A stretch of DNA of 64,000 nt, from positions 3,533,684 to 3,597,683 of the forward strand of contig OY970296.1 of assembly GCA_963716175.1 (NCBI GenBank). The letters are read 5' to 3'. A program made the translations under genes and the position numbers. A model generated the notes under the pieces. The model made no database searches. It was not told the DNA's origin and saw only the letters and a list, made by a program, of their open reading frames with translations. This DNA is from an uncultured Armatimonadetes bacterium. Its GTDB lineage: Bacteria > Armatimonadota > Hebobacteria > Hebobacterales > Hebobacteraceae. Below, one piece after another: positions 47,198 to 56,829 of the stretch (within the stretch, counting starts at the first letter, position 1; every line of letters begins with the position of its first letter).

Positions 47198-49261
47198 GTG
47201 ACCAGGTTGGCTGAGGAACTGGAGGAGAAACCGGAAGCCGCGCCATCGGGAGCAGACGAGGGCGAGTATTACATGGAGCGCCGGCCGGAGCTGGAACCGA
47301 CAGAGTTCCGCGAAGGCTTCACCATGAAGACGTTCCTGGGCGCTCTCTTCATCGGGGTCATCATGATGCCGGGAGCCATCTACCTGGCGCTCATGATGGG
47401 CCAGAGCATGGGGTCCGCGGGCCAGTGGACCACCATCATCCTGATCACCGAGGTTGCCCGCCGCTCCTTCACCAAGGTGTCCCGCCAGGAGCTGTACATG
47501 ATCTACTACATGGCGGGCAGCCTGCTGTCCGCCGGCGGGACGCTGGCCGGAGGCGCCTTCGCCTATTTCGTGTGGAACGCCTACCTGATCAACTCCACCG
47601 CGGCGCAGAACTTCGGCATTGCCAAGCTCATCCCGCGCTGGGTGGCGCCGCCGCTGGGGTCTTCCGCCTACATCCAGCGCACCTTCCTGCACCATGACTG
47701 GACCATTCCCATCGTGCTGACCGTGCTGGGGAGTATCTTCGGGCGGGCGCAGTGGATCGGCATGGGCTACTTCCTGTTCCGCACCACCTCCGATGTGGAG
47801 CGACTGCCATTCCCCATGGCGCCCATCGCCGCTCAGGGGGCCACGGCGCTGGCCGAGGTCTCGGAGGAGAAGGAGTCCTGGCGCTGGCCGGTGTTCAGCG
47901 TGGCCACCATGATCGGGCTGGTATACGGCTTCTTCTACGTCGCCATCCCCGTGATCACCGGCGGCTTCCTCGCCGACCCGCTGAAGCTCATCCCCATCCC
48001 CTTCATTGACTTCGTGCAGAACGCAGAAGATGCGCTGCCCACCAACCGGATCGCGATCGCCACCGATCTGGGGCCCATCTTCTGGGGATTCGTGCTGCCC
48101 TTCCCCATCGTCGTCGGCGGCTTCATCACCTCCATGTTCACCAACTTCCTGTTCTCGCCCCTGCTCTACCATTTCACCTACAGCCCCGTCCTGGGCAAGT
48201 CCACCCTGTTCCCGCAGTGGTCCAAGGGCATGAACCTGATCCAGAGCCAGATGATCCTCGGCTTCGATTTCTACATGAGCTTCGGCATCGGGATCTCGCT
48301 TGCCATCGCCGCCATCGGCCTCTACTCGGTCCTCAGCACCCTGTTGAAAGCCCGGGTGGCTCGCGCCCAGGGCGCGGCCACCAGAGGCTACCGCGATGTC
48401 CCAGCCGGCAGAGGCGACTTCCCCATCTGGCTGGCGCTGGTGGCCTGGGCCTTGCCCGCGGTCTACTACGTGATCCTGGGGCACTATCTGGTGCCCAGGT
48501 TCCCCGTGTATTGGCTAATCTTCTTCGCTTTCGTGTGGACCCCGGTGATCTCCTATGTATCGGCGCGCATGAATGGCCTCCGGGGGTGGGGCATTGACAT
48601 CCCCTACGTGCGGCCTGCGGTGTTCATCCTCAGCGGGTACAAGGGGGTGGACATCTGGTTCGCGCCCATCAACCAGGACGACCACGGTTGGGCTGCTTCC
48701 CAGTTCCGCGAGGTGGAGCTGACCGGCACCAGGATGGTCAGCGTGGTGAAGGCGGAGGCCTTCCTGCTGGTGCTGATGCTGTTCTGCAGCTTCGTCTACT
48801 GGTCATTCTTCTGGAAGACCAGCCAGATCCCATCCTCCCAGTACCCGTACGCCCAGATGTTCTGGCCCCTCAACGCCTTCTGGCAATGCCTCTGGGCCAC
48901 CGCCACTATGCCGCACAAGGCCGGGGAGGCCACCTTCTTGCTCAAAGCCGTCAAGCCCTCGATCATCGGCTATACCGGCGCCGGCGCCATGGCCCTCTAC
49001 TGGATCATGAGCGCCTTCCGGGTGCCCACCCTGTGGTATTACGGGCTGATCGGAGGCTTCAGCGACACCACCTGGGCCATCCCCAGCTTCATCGGCGCCA
49101 TGCTGGGGCGTTATTACTTCGCCCGCCGCTTCGGCAAGAACCGCTGGCGCCAGTACACGCCGGTGCTGGCCGCCGGCTATGCCTGCGGAGTGGGCCTGAT
49201 CGGGATGGTGTCCATCGGCCTGACCATTATCTTCAAGGCGGTGCGGTCGCTGCCGTTCTGA
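47198..49261 (+). CDS. polytopic membrane protein, distant OPT-family (oligopeptide transporter)-like
   Basis: 687 aa, ~16 TM; N-terminal ...FTMKTFLGALFIGVIMMPGAIYLALMMG resembles OPT N-terminus; assignment tentative. Confidence 0.55.
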   Translation: MTRLAEELEEKPEAAPSGADEGEYYMERRPELEPTEFREGFTMKTFLGALFIGVIMMPGAIYLALMMGQSMGSAGQWTTIILITEVARRSFTKVSRQELYMIYYMAGSLLSAGGTLAGGAFAYFVWNAYLINSTAAQNFGIAKLIPRWVAPPLGSSAYIQRTFLHHDWTIPIVLTVLGSIFGRAQWIGMGYFLFRTTSDVERLPFPMAPIAAQGATALAEVSEEKESWRWPVFSVATMIGLVYGFFYVAIPVITGGFLADPLKLIPIPFIDFVQNAEDALPTNRIAIATDLGPIFWGFVLPFPIVVGGFITSMFTNFLFSPLLYHFTYSPVLGKSTLFPQWSKGMNLIQSQMILGFDFYMSFGIGISLAIAAIGLYSVLSTLLKARVARAQGAATRGYRDVPAGRGDFPIWLALVAWALPAVYYVILGHYLVPRFPVYWLIFFAFVWTPVISYVSARMNGLRGWGIDIPYVRPAVFILSGYKGVDIWFAPINQDDHGWAASQFREVELTGTRMVSVVKAEAFLLVLMLFCSFVYWSFFWKTSQIPSSQYPYAQMFWPLNAFWQCLWATATMPHKAGEATFLLKAVKPSIIGYTGAGAMALYWIMSAFRVPTLWYYGLIGGFSDTTWAIPSFIGAMLGRYYFARRFGKNRWRQYTPVLAAGYACGVGLIGMVSIGLTIIFKAVRSLPF

Positions 49262-49276
49262 CGCAGTTCGCGCCTG

Positions 49277-50245
49277 TTGCGTCAGACGGTCAATGGTGGA
49301 GGCGGTTTGACAGTACAAGTAGATTACGATACGACAGCCATCGGATGGCACGGAGTCTCGGTCCGGGTTCCGGCGGACTGGACTCTGGGTGCGGTAGGGG
49401 GTGATCGCAAGTCCGGCTACCTGCGGGTAGATGACGAGCGCATGCCGCGGCTCCAGCTGAAATGGTCGCAGGGCCACATCAACCTGGAGAAGAAGCGAAG
49501 CGAATACGCCAACCGGCTGACCACGGGCAAACGCAAGCGGCCCACCGGGCTCACCGTGGACCTGGAGGCCCGGGTAATCAGCGGGCGCTCGAAGCCGAAG
49601 AAGGAGCTGGCCACCTTCGCCTGGCGGGGCCCGCAGTGCGGGATGGGGGTGCTGTGGAACTGCCAGGTATGCAACCGGGCCCTCATCGCGCAGGTGAGCT
49701 GGCAGCAGCCGGAGCGCCTGCACGAGGTGGCCCAGCAGGTGCTGGGGTCGCTGGAAGATCACGCCATCGGCGGCTGGCAGTTGTGGGGCGTAGATAGCTT
49801 CGCCTTCCTCGCGCCAGAGGGTTATGACCTGGCGAAGTGGAAGCGAATGACGCGCTATCTCGAGCTGACCTTGACGACCAAGAGGGAGGCCACCCTCCGC
49901 GCGGTGCGGTGGGGAATGGTGGCGCTGGTGCTGGGCGGGCGGACGCTGATGGAGTGGTACCAGGACGAGAACAGGCGGCGGCGCGATGTGCGGTGGCAGG
50001 CGCAGGAGATGGAGGTGAAGGGCCACCAGGCGGTGGCAGCCTGGGGTGAGCGCAGACGATTCGCAGGGAGCGTGAGAAAGGGCCTGGCCAAGCTGCTGGG
50101 GCGCAAGCCGGCGGTGGATTTCGCCGCTTGCGCCTGGCACTGCCCGGACTCGAACCGGATCTACCTGGCGGAGACGATTTACGCCGAAGGGCAGGATGTG
50201 CTGAAAGGAGTGGTGGACTCCATCCTCTGCCATGAGGAGGCGTGA
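49277..50245 (+). CDS. hypothetical protein with Cys-rich motifs (C.x7.C.x2.C ; C.x3.C)
   Basis: 322 aa; alternative TTG start 49307 with GGTGGAGG SD. Confidence 0.55.
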   Translation: MRQTVNGGGGLTVQVDYDTTAIGWHGVSVRVPADWTLGAVGGDRKSGYLRVDDERMPRLQLKWSQGHINLEKKRSEYANRLTTGKRKRPTGLTVDLEARVISGRSKPKKELATFAWRGPQCGMGVLWNCQVCNRALIAQVSWQQPERLHEVAQQVLGSLEDHAIGGWQLWGVDSFAFLAPEGYDLAKWKRMTRYLELTLTTKREATLRAVRWGMVALVLGGRTLMEWYQDENRRRRDVRWQAQEMEVKGHQAVAAWGERRRFAGSVRKGLAKLLGRKPAVDFAACAWHCPDSNRIYLAETIYAEGQDVLKGVVDSILCHEEA

Positions 50246-50640
50246 GCATGCGCCGGCGGCGCAGGCCACGGCTCACGGCCGAGCAGGTGCTGCAGTCCCG
50301 GCCTCTGCGGAACCCGAGGCTGAGGACCGAGAAGATCGAGGGGGGAGGCCTGCGCCTCCACGTGCCCCGGCGCAGCGAATGGTGGGCCCGGGTGCTGGCG
50401 GTGATCTTTCCGATTCCGAAGGAGCGCAGGCTAGAGCTAGATGCGGCGGGGGAGGAGGTGTGGGAGATGTGCGACGGCGAGCACACCCTGCGCCAGATGA
50501 TTGCGCTCTTTCAGGAGCGACATAAGCTGACCCGGGCGGAAGCGGAATGGTCGCTGCGGACTTATCTCCGCGATCTGGGTAAGAGGAACTTGGTGGCCTT
50601 CGCCATCGAGAAGCAGCCGGAGAAGAGGCAGCAGGGCTGA
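50242..50640 (+). CDS. PqqD-family protein (RiPP-recognition-element-like fold)
   Basis: VWEMCDG.HTL..MI..F....L....EW.L..YL..L....L pattern; overlaps upstream stop. Confidence 0.6.
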   Translation: MSMRRRRRPRLTAEQVLQSRPLRNPRLRTEKIEGGGLRLHVPRRSEWWARVLAVIFPIPKERRLELDAAGEEVWEMCDGEHTLRQMIALFQERHKLTRAEAEWSLRTYLRDLGKRNLVAFAIEKQPEKRQQG

Positions 50641-50654
50641 TCAGGAGAGACGGC

Positions 50655-51353
50655 ATGGCAAACGCAGGGCAAGTGGTTCCAGGGGGCCGCATTCAGATCG
50701 AGAGTCAGATCGTCCTTCCCTGGTCGCGCACTCTCCAAATGACCAGGGAGAATATCTTCGTCCGGTTCGGCCGGTCTGTGATCACCGCCTCCGGCATCTT
50801 CCTCGGCATTGCCTTCATGAGCGCGGTGCTGTTCGGCGCCGCTGCCGGCCGGGTGCAGCAGCAGCTGGCCACCTCGCAGTTGGGCTTGCTGGGCACTGAG
50901 AGCACCAGCGGCGAGACGCAGGCCAGGACGATCTGGCTGGTGGGCATGTCCCTGCTGGTGGCCACCGTCGGGATCGTCAACTCCATGCTGATGTCGGTCA
51001 CCGAGCGCTACAAGGAAATCGGCACCATGAAGTGCCTGGGGGCGCTGGACCGCTTCATCGTGCGCCTCTTCATCCTGGAGGCGGCGCTGCTGGGCGTCCT
51101 GGGATCTATCGTCGGGGCGCTGGTGGGCACCGGCGCCATGACCTTGGTCTACACCTATCGCATGGGCTGGGGCCACGCCCTCTCGAGCTGGCACGAGACC
51201 GCGCTGCGGCTCGGTGGTTGGTCCATACCGCTCTGGTTGGCGATTGTCCTCGGCATCGTCGTCGGTGGGCTGCTGTCCGTCTGCGCCGCTCTCTATCCCG
51301 CCTGGCGGGCCGCCAAGATGCCCCCGGCCGCGGCGCTGCGCTCGGAGTTCTGA
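50655..51353 (+). CDS. FtsX-like ABC permease, minimal 4-TM form without large extracytoplasmic loop
   Basis: 232 aa; ...SVTERYKEIGTMKCLGA... FtsX-type core. Confidence 0.7.
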   Translation: MANAGQVVPGGRIQIESQIVLPWSRTLQMTRENIFVRFGRSVITASGIFLGIAFMSAVLFGAAAGRVQQQLATSQLGLLGTESTSGETQARTIWLVGMSLLVATVGIVNSMLMSVTERYKEIGTMKCLGALDRFIVRLFILEAALLGVLGSIVGALVGTGAMTLVYTYRMGWGHALSSWHETALRLGGWSIPLWLAIVLGIVVGGLLSVCAALYPAWRAAKMPPAAALRSEF

Positions 51354-51500
51354 TGGGTCTCGCCAGACGAAGCAGTGGCGCAGACCATCGGGGCGCCTGC
51401 GAGGGCGCAGAGATGCTCGGCGTCCATTGCTGTGATGGGCGAGGGTGGTCAGTGCACGAGTCCATCTTGTGGTTAGCTTGAGAAGCCAGGGAGGCTGCGC

Positions 51501-52244
51501 ATGTCTGTCTACGAGTATATTGTGCGTACCAAGGACCTGATGAAGGTCTACACGATGGGGGATACGGAGGTGCGCGCGGTGGATGGCGTTGCCCTCGACA
51601 TCAGGCGGGGCGAGTATATCTCCATCATGGGGCCTTCGGGATCGGGGAAATCCACGCTCTTCAACATGATCGGAGGGCTGGACAAGCCCAGCGGCGGCAC
51701 GGTCTTCATTGACGAGACGGATATGGCGCAGCTCACCGCCTCCGAGCTCGCCTACCTGCGCTGCCGCAAGATCGGCTATATCTTCCAGACCTTCAACCTG
51801 ATCCCGGTGATGACCGCGCTGGAGAACGTCACCCTGCCCATGATCTTCGCCGGCCTCTCCACCGACAATGCTCTGGACAAGGGAGTCGAGCTGCTCAAGA
51901 CTGTGGGCCTGGGCGATCGGCGAGATCATAAGCCCACGGAGCTTTCCGGCGGGCAGCAGCAGCGGGTGGCCATCGCCCGCGCCCTGGCCAACGACCCCGC
52001 CATCATCCTGGCGGACGAGCCCACGGGCAACCTCGACCTGCGCACCGGCAAAGAGATCATCGCCCTGCTCAAGCAGATGAACGAGGCGAAGAAGGTCACC
52101 GTCATCTCTGCGACCCACGATCTGAAGATGATTGACGTCTCGGACCGGGTGGTGTGGATTCGGGACGGCAAGATCGAGCGCATTCAGGAGCGCGCCGACA
52201 TTGACGTGAAGGTCGGCGTGATGGAAGGCGAAGAGGTAGGATAG
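51501..52244 (+). CDS. ABC transporter ATP-binding protein (MacB/LolD/FtsE-like)
   Basis: Walker [10 protein letters not shown], signature [15 protein letters not shown], Walker [12 protein letters not shown]. Confidence 0.9.
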   Translation: MSVYEYIVRTKDLMKVYTMGDTEVRAVDGVALDIRRGEYISIMGPSGSGKSTLFNMIGGLDKPSGGTVFIDETDMAQLTASELAYLRCRKIGYIFQTFNLIPVMTALENVTLPMIFAGLSTDNALDKGVELLKTVGLGDRRDHKPTELSGGQQQRVAIARALANDPAIILADEPTGNLDLRTGKEIIALLKQMNEAKKVTVISATHDLKMIDVSDRVVWIRDGKIERIQERADIDVKVGVMEGEEVG

Positions 52245-52281
52245 AGAGGGCGAACGGGATGGATACGGCGGGATTCTCCGT

Positions 52282-52317
52282 GCGGCTTCGCCTCCGCATC
52301 CCGCGGAGGCGAAGCCG
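52282..52317 (+). terminator. rho-independent-like terminator GCGGCTTCGCCTCCGC-atccc-GCGGAGGCGAAGCCG + T-rich tail
   Basis: 15-bp stem followed by TTCCGGTTTGC. Confidence 0.6.
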
Positions 52318-52385
52318 TTCCGGTTTGCACGCGGACGCAGCGGCAGGCCACTGCGGCGCGGCGCACACCCTGGATGGCGCTTTCC

Positions 52386-52414
52386 TTGACACCGGAAAAG
52401 GAAACTCTTATGAT
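52386..52414 (+). promoter_or_regulatory. promoter TTGACA-N17-TATGAT; predicted TSS coincides with first ATG (leaderless)
   Basis: TTGACA 52386-91, TATGAT 52409-14, ATG at 52422. Confidence 0.5.
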
Positions 52415-52421
52415 CTCCTGG

Positions 52422-53066
52422 ATGGGCATGAGAGGAATGGATAGCCGCCGCGGTTACAGCAGCTTCCCCACCACCTTTCTCATCTTCTCCCTCCTCCTGC
52501 TGGTGCTGGCTGGCGGATTCGCGGTGGGCCGGCTCGTGGTTGGGCGGGCCTACGTGAAGTCGGCCGGGCAGTTCGAGAAGTGGCCCGGGCCTAAGGCCGA
52601 GGAAGCGACCGCTGCTCCTGCGGAGGGAGAGCTCCCGTCAGGGCAGGGCTATGTCCCGGCACCGTCTCGGCAGGCCGCGGAGTCCCAGTCGCCGGGGAAA
52701 CCGGAGGCGGCTCCGGGTGAGCAGACCGAGCAGGCCAAGCCGGAGGCGCCGGCGGCGGCCAGCGCACCCGCGCCCTCACCCGCGCCCCAGGCCTTGCCGG
52801 CGCCCGCGGAGAGCCCGCAGCCGGCGGAGGAGAAGGAGAGAAGGTACGCCATCCAGGTGGGAGTGTTCGAGGGGGAGGAGGGGGCGCAGAAGGTGGCGGA
52901 TGATCTGGCGCGGGCCGGCTATCCTGCCCAAGTGGAGAGCACCCGAGGCGAGCAGGGCAATGTCTATCGGGTACTCACTGGGCGCTACCGCACGGAGTAC
53001 GCCGCCCGCAAGGCTATGGATCAGCTCAGGCAGGAGGGGTTCTCGGGGTTCCTGGTCGAGCGCTGA
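52422..53066 (+). CDS. SPOR-domain (peptidoglycan-binding, division-site) membrane protein
   Basis: N-terminal TM, Pro/Ala/Glu-rich linker, C-terminal SPOR (YAIQVGVF...A..V...L...G....V). Confidence 0.7.
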   Translation: MGMRGMDSRRGYSSFPTTFLIFSLLLLVLAGGFAVGRLVVGRAYVKSAGQFEKWPGPKAEEATAAPAEGELPSGQGYVPAPSRQAAESQSPGKPEAAPGEQTEQAKPEAPAAASAPAPSPAPQALPAPAESPQPAEEKERRYAIQVGVFEGEEGAQKVADDLARAGYPAQVESTRGEQGNVYRVLTGRYRTEYAARKAMDQLRQEGFSGFLVER

Positions 53067-53095
53067 GGACGGACCTCGGTTCGGGAGAAGGTACG

Positions 53096-53710
53096 GTGAA
53101 GGAAGGCTCAGAGGATAATCGGACTGAAGATCAGGAGGGGGAGGCGGAGGAACCGGAGTTGCTGCCGGCGGAGGAACTGGTCTCGACCGAAGAAGAGGAG
53201 AGCAGAGGATCCGAAGTCGAGGTGCTGCAGAAAGAGCTGGCGCTGCTGGAGGGCCAGCTTCAGGACCTGCGGGACCGATACTTGCGAGCGGTGGCCAATC
53301 TGGATAATTCGCGCAAGCGGGCCCGGCGGGAGATGAGAGAGGTGCAGCAGCGGGCCGCGGCCAGCGTGCTGCTGGATCTGCTCACGGTGGTGGACAGCTT
53401 CGAGCGCGCCTTGGGGACGGCGAGAGACTTGGGGGCGGTCCCTGCCGAGACCAGGGCTGTGTACGATGGCCTCACCTTGATCTACCGGCAGTTAGTGGAT
53501 CTGCTGGGCCGGCGAGGGGTCAGACCCATCTCCGCGGTGGGCGCGCGATTCGACCCCAGCTTTCACGAGGCGGTTGCCCAGGTCCCAGCAGGCCCCGAGC
53601 AGGAGGAGGGGCTGGTGGCGCTGGAGGTGCAAAAGGGCTACCTGTATGGCGATCAGGTGCTGCGGCCCAGCAAGGTCGGGGTGACGGTGCACACCGCGTC
53701 CAGGAGCTAG
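53096..53710 (+). CDS. grpE: nucleotide exchange factor GrpE
   Basis: coiled-coil N-term, RKRA..E motif, C-terminal beta domain. Confidence 0.85.
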   Translation: MKEGSEDNRTEDQEGEAEEPELLPAEELVSTEEEESRGSEVEVLQKELALLEGQLQDLRDRYLRAVANLDNSRKRARREMREVQQRAAASVLLDLLTVVDSFERALGTARDLGAVPAETRAVYDGLTLIYRQLVDLLGRRGVRPISAVGARFDPSFHEAVAQVPAGPEQEEGLVALEVQKGYLYGDQVLRPSKVGVTVHTASRS

Positions 53711-53919
53711 CATCGTGGTCGGTCTGGCAAGAGGGATGGGGTGAGGGATGTCGAAAGGACCGAGGCCGGGAGCGAGGTAAGGCCGTGCCAGGGCCGAGAC
53801 GCAGACGAAGAGGCAGCGATATACCCGAAGCCGCGGCGCAGCCGCCCGGCGCGGAATCTACTCAGGCCGGGGAGCCCGAGGTGGCCGAGGCTCTGCCGGC
53901 GGGAGGGGAAGAGAATCCC

Positions 53920-54974
53920 ATGTCTAGCAGCCAGCGTCCAGGTGCTGCCGTTATCCGGGTGATAGGCGTAGGCGGGGCGGGGGCCAACGCGGTAGACCGG
54001 ATGATCGCCGTGGGCCTCCAGGGCGTGGACTTCGTGGCCGCCAACACTGATCTCCAGGCGCTGTCACGATCTCAGGCCAAGTCCAAGCTTCAGCTCGGCG
54101 TCGCGGTCACCAATGGGCTGGGGGCCGGGGGCGATCCGGAGGTGGGGCGCGGGCGGCCGAGGAGAGCCGCGCTGAGATCAAAGGCCAGCTGGACGGGGCC
54201 GACATGGTGTTCATCACCGCCGGCATGGGCGGGGGCACGGGCACCGGCGGGGCGCCGATCGTGGCCGAGATCAGCCGGGAGGTGGGAGCGCTCACCGTCG
54301 CCGTGGTGACCAAGCCCTTCGGCTTCGAGCGAGGCCGCCGCCAGAGCATCGCCGAGGAGGGACTGGATAACCTGCGAACCAAGGTGGACACCCTGATCAC
54401 GGTCCCGAACGACCGCTTGCTCGGTGTGGTGCAGAAGAAGGTGACGCTGCTGGAGGCATTCCGCCTGGCCGATGAAGTGCTGCGGGAAGGCGTGCAGGGC
54501 ATCTCCGACCTCATCACCATCCCCGGGCTGATCAATCTCGATTTCGCCGACGTCAGAACCGTGATGGCTGATGCCGGGACCGCGCTGATGGGGATCGGCG
54601 TCGGGACCGGCGAGACCCGGGCCACCGATGCCGCCCAGGCCGCCATCTCCAGCCCCCTCCTGGAGACCTCCATTGACGGCGCCACCCGCATCCTCTTCAA
54701 TGTCACCGGCGGCAGCGATGTTTCGCTCTCCGAAGTGGAGGAGGCGGCCCAGGTCATCCGCTCGGCCTCGGAGTCTCCGGACACCAATGTGCTCTTCGGC
54801 GTAGTGGTAGGGGAGGAGCCCGAGGACGAGATTCGCATCACCGTTCTCGCCACCGGCTTCGATCGCAGCCGCCGCGCCAGCAGGCCGGCCGAGCACGCGC
54901 AGGCCAATCTGCCGGCCGTGGCGCCGGTTCCCGACGCCGACCTGGAGGTCCCCACCTTCCTACGGAATCGCTGA
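53920..54974 (+). CDS. ftsZ: cell division protein FtsZ, reading frame broken by 1-nt deletion at ~54150 (G/C run)
   Basis: N-part in frame 1 (…[14 protein letters not shown]…[12 protein letters not shown]), continues in frame 0 ([33 protein letters not shown]…). Confidence 0.8.
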
Positions 54975-54995
54975 GCGGCCGAGGACAAATGACAG

Positions 54996-55024
54996 CGAGG
55001 ATTCGGCCACCGGCCGAATCCTCG
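54996..55024. terminator. bidirectional hairpin CGAGGATTCGGCC-acc-GGCCGAATCCTCG between convergent ftsZ and mht
   Basis: 13-bp perfect stem. Confidence 0.55.
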
Positions 55025-55070
55025 CCGCATTGTGGGGCGGGCATGTCTCTGCATGCCCGCCGCTGTTGTC

Positions 55071-55961
55071 TCAGTCGGGCCGCCGCAGCCGCGCCACGAC
55101 CGCCCGGATATGCTCCGGCTTACTGCCGCAGCATCCGCCGATGATAGTCGCGCCCAGCTCGCGGAACTGCGGCGCAGCATCGGCGAACGTCTCGGGGGGC
55201 TCTGGAAACACCGTGCCGGTCTCGGTCCGCTGAGGCCGGCCGGCATTGGGCTGCGCGATCAGGGGCAGCGGCGTCGCCTCCCGGAACTGTCTGATGATGC
55301 CCACCATTTCGGCCGGCGAGATGGTACCGCAGTTCGCCCCGACCACCAGCGCGCCGGCGCTTGCCAGCTCTTCTGCCGCTCGCTGGGGCGAGACGCCGAA
55401 GATTGTGTGACCATTGGGGTCGAAGGCCATCGAGGCGGCCACCGGCCTCCGGGTGGCTACTACGGCGCGGATTGCCAGCGCGACCTCCTCTATCGCCGTG
55501 AACGTCTCGACGATGAAGAAGTCCACTCCCGCCTCCGCCAGCGCCTGGGCTTGCTCCTCGAAAGCGGCCGCCGCCGCGGCCTGCTCGAACTCGCCATAGG
55601 GTTCCAGGATCTTGCCGGTGGGCCCAATGCTCCCGGCCACGAAGGCCCGATCTCCCGTCACCTCCCGCGCCAGCGCCGCGGCCGCCGCGTTCAGCTCGAC
55701 GGTCCGTTCGCCCAGCCCGTAGCGCTCCAAAGCAACGCGGCTGCCCTGGAAGGTGTTAGTCTCCAGCACCTCCGCGCCGGCCTCCAGGAAGGCGCGATGC
55801 ACCGCTCGTACCAGCTCCGGCTGTTCGACATTGAGCAGCTCCAGAGACTGGCCCGAGGAGTGCCCGGCCGCGCTCAGGTTGGTGCCCATGGCCCCATCGC
55901 AGATCAGCAAGCCCTGGCGCAGCCTGGCTATCAGCTCCTGTGCTCGTTTCGCATCGCTCAT
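55071..55961 (-). CDS. homocysteine S-methyltransferase (Hcy-binding domain family)
   Basis: DGAMGT, GGCCG motifs. Confidence 0.85.
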   Translation of the reverse strand: MSDAKRAQELIARLRQGLLICDGAMGTNLSAAGHSSGQSLELLNVEQPELVRAVHRAFLEAGAEVLETNTFQGSRVALERYGLGERTVELNAAAAALAREVTGDRAFVAGSIGPTGKILEPYGEFEQAAAAAAFEEQAQALAEAGVDFFIVETFTAIEEVALAIRAVVATRRPVAASMAFDPNGHTIFGVSPQRAAEELASAGALVVGANCGTISPAEMVGIIRQFREATPLPLIAQPNAGRPQRTETGTVFPEPPETFADAAPQFRELGATIIGGCCGSKPEHIRAVVARLRRPD

Positions 55962-56070
55962 GGCAGGGCGATTCTAGCCCGCGGTCGGGGCGGTGTCAAC
56001 CACGGCGCAAGAGCAGGGGCCCTGCCTCAAGCGCTGAATCAGTCTGATGATCTGAATCCAGGAGCACAGC

Positions 56071-56829
56071 ATGGACTTCGGGATCATCGGCGGGACGGGC
56101 TTCTACAGCTTGGAGGGGCAGGGCGAGGCGGCGGTGGTGACGACGCCTTATGGACCGGTGGAAGTCAGCCGTACGCGCCTGGGGGGAACCGAGATCGCTT
56201 TCATCGCGCGCCACGGCGGGGAGCACAGTGTGCCTCCCCACCGCGTCAACTACCGCGCCAACATCAGTGCCCTGAAGCAGTTGGGGGTGACGAACATCCT
56301 CGCCTCGGCGAGTGTGGGCTCCATGTCCAGCACCATGCCTCCCGGCTCGCTGGTGATACTCACCCAGTTCCTGGATTTCACAAAGGCGCGGGCGAGCACT
56401 TTCTTCGACGGGGAGGGCGGCGAGGTCGTCCACACGGACATGACCGACCCCTACTGCCCGCACCTGCGCGAGGAGCTGCAGGCGGCGGCCGCCGCGCTCG
56501 GCGAGGGACTGCGCGCGACTGGCACCTATGTCTGCGCCGAGGGTCCTCGCTTCGAGACCCGGGCGGAGATCGAGATGTTCCGCCGCCTCGGGGGCGAGCT
56601 GGTGGGCATGACCAATGTCCCGGAGGTGACGCTGGCGCGGGAGGCGGGAATCTGCTACGCCGCGGTCGCAGCCGTCACCAACTGGGCCGCGGGCATCGCG
56701 GCCGAGCCGCTGAAGCACGAGGAAGTAAGTGACTTCATGTCAACTCAGACTCCCAGGCTGCGGGCGCTGTTCGCCCGCGTGGTACAGGACCATCGGGAGC
56801 TGGACTGCGCGTGCCGGGCGCGGGCGTGA
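56071..56829 (+). CDS. mtnP: S-methyl-5'-thioadenosine phosphorylase / purine nucleoside phosphorylase
   Basis: IGGTGFY, ARHG..H..PP..VNYRAN motifs. Confidence 0.85.
   Translation: MDFGIIGGTGFYSLEGQGEAAVVTTPYGPVEVSRTRLGGTEIAFIARHGGEHSVPPHRVNYRANISALKQLGVTNILASASVGSMSSTMPPGSLVILTQFLDFTKARASTFFDGEGGEVVHTDMTDPYCPHLREELQAAAAALGEGLRATGTYVCAEGPRFETRAEIEMFRRLGGELVGMTNVPEVTLAREAGICYAAVAAVTNWAAGIAAEPLKHEEVSDFMSTQTPRLRALFARVVQDHRELDCACRARA

Noticed and set aside
54107-55246. 379-aa minus-strand ORF antisense to ftsZ
   Set aside because: Shadow ORF opposite a highly conserved gene. Composition is Arg/Ser/Pro-biased.
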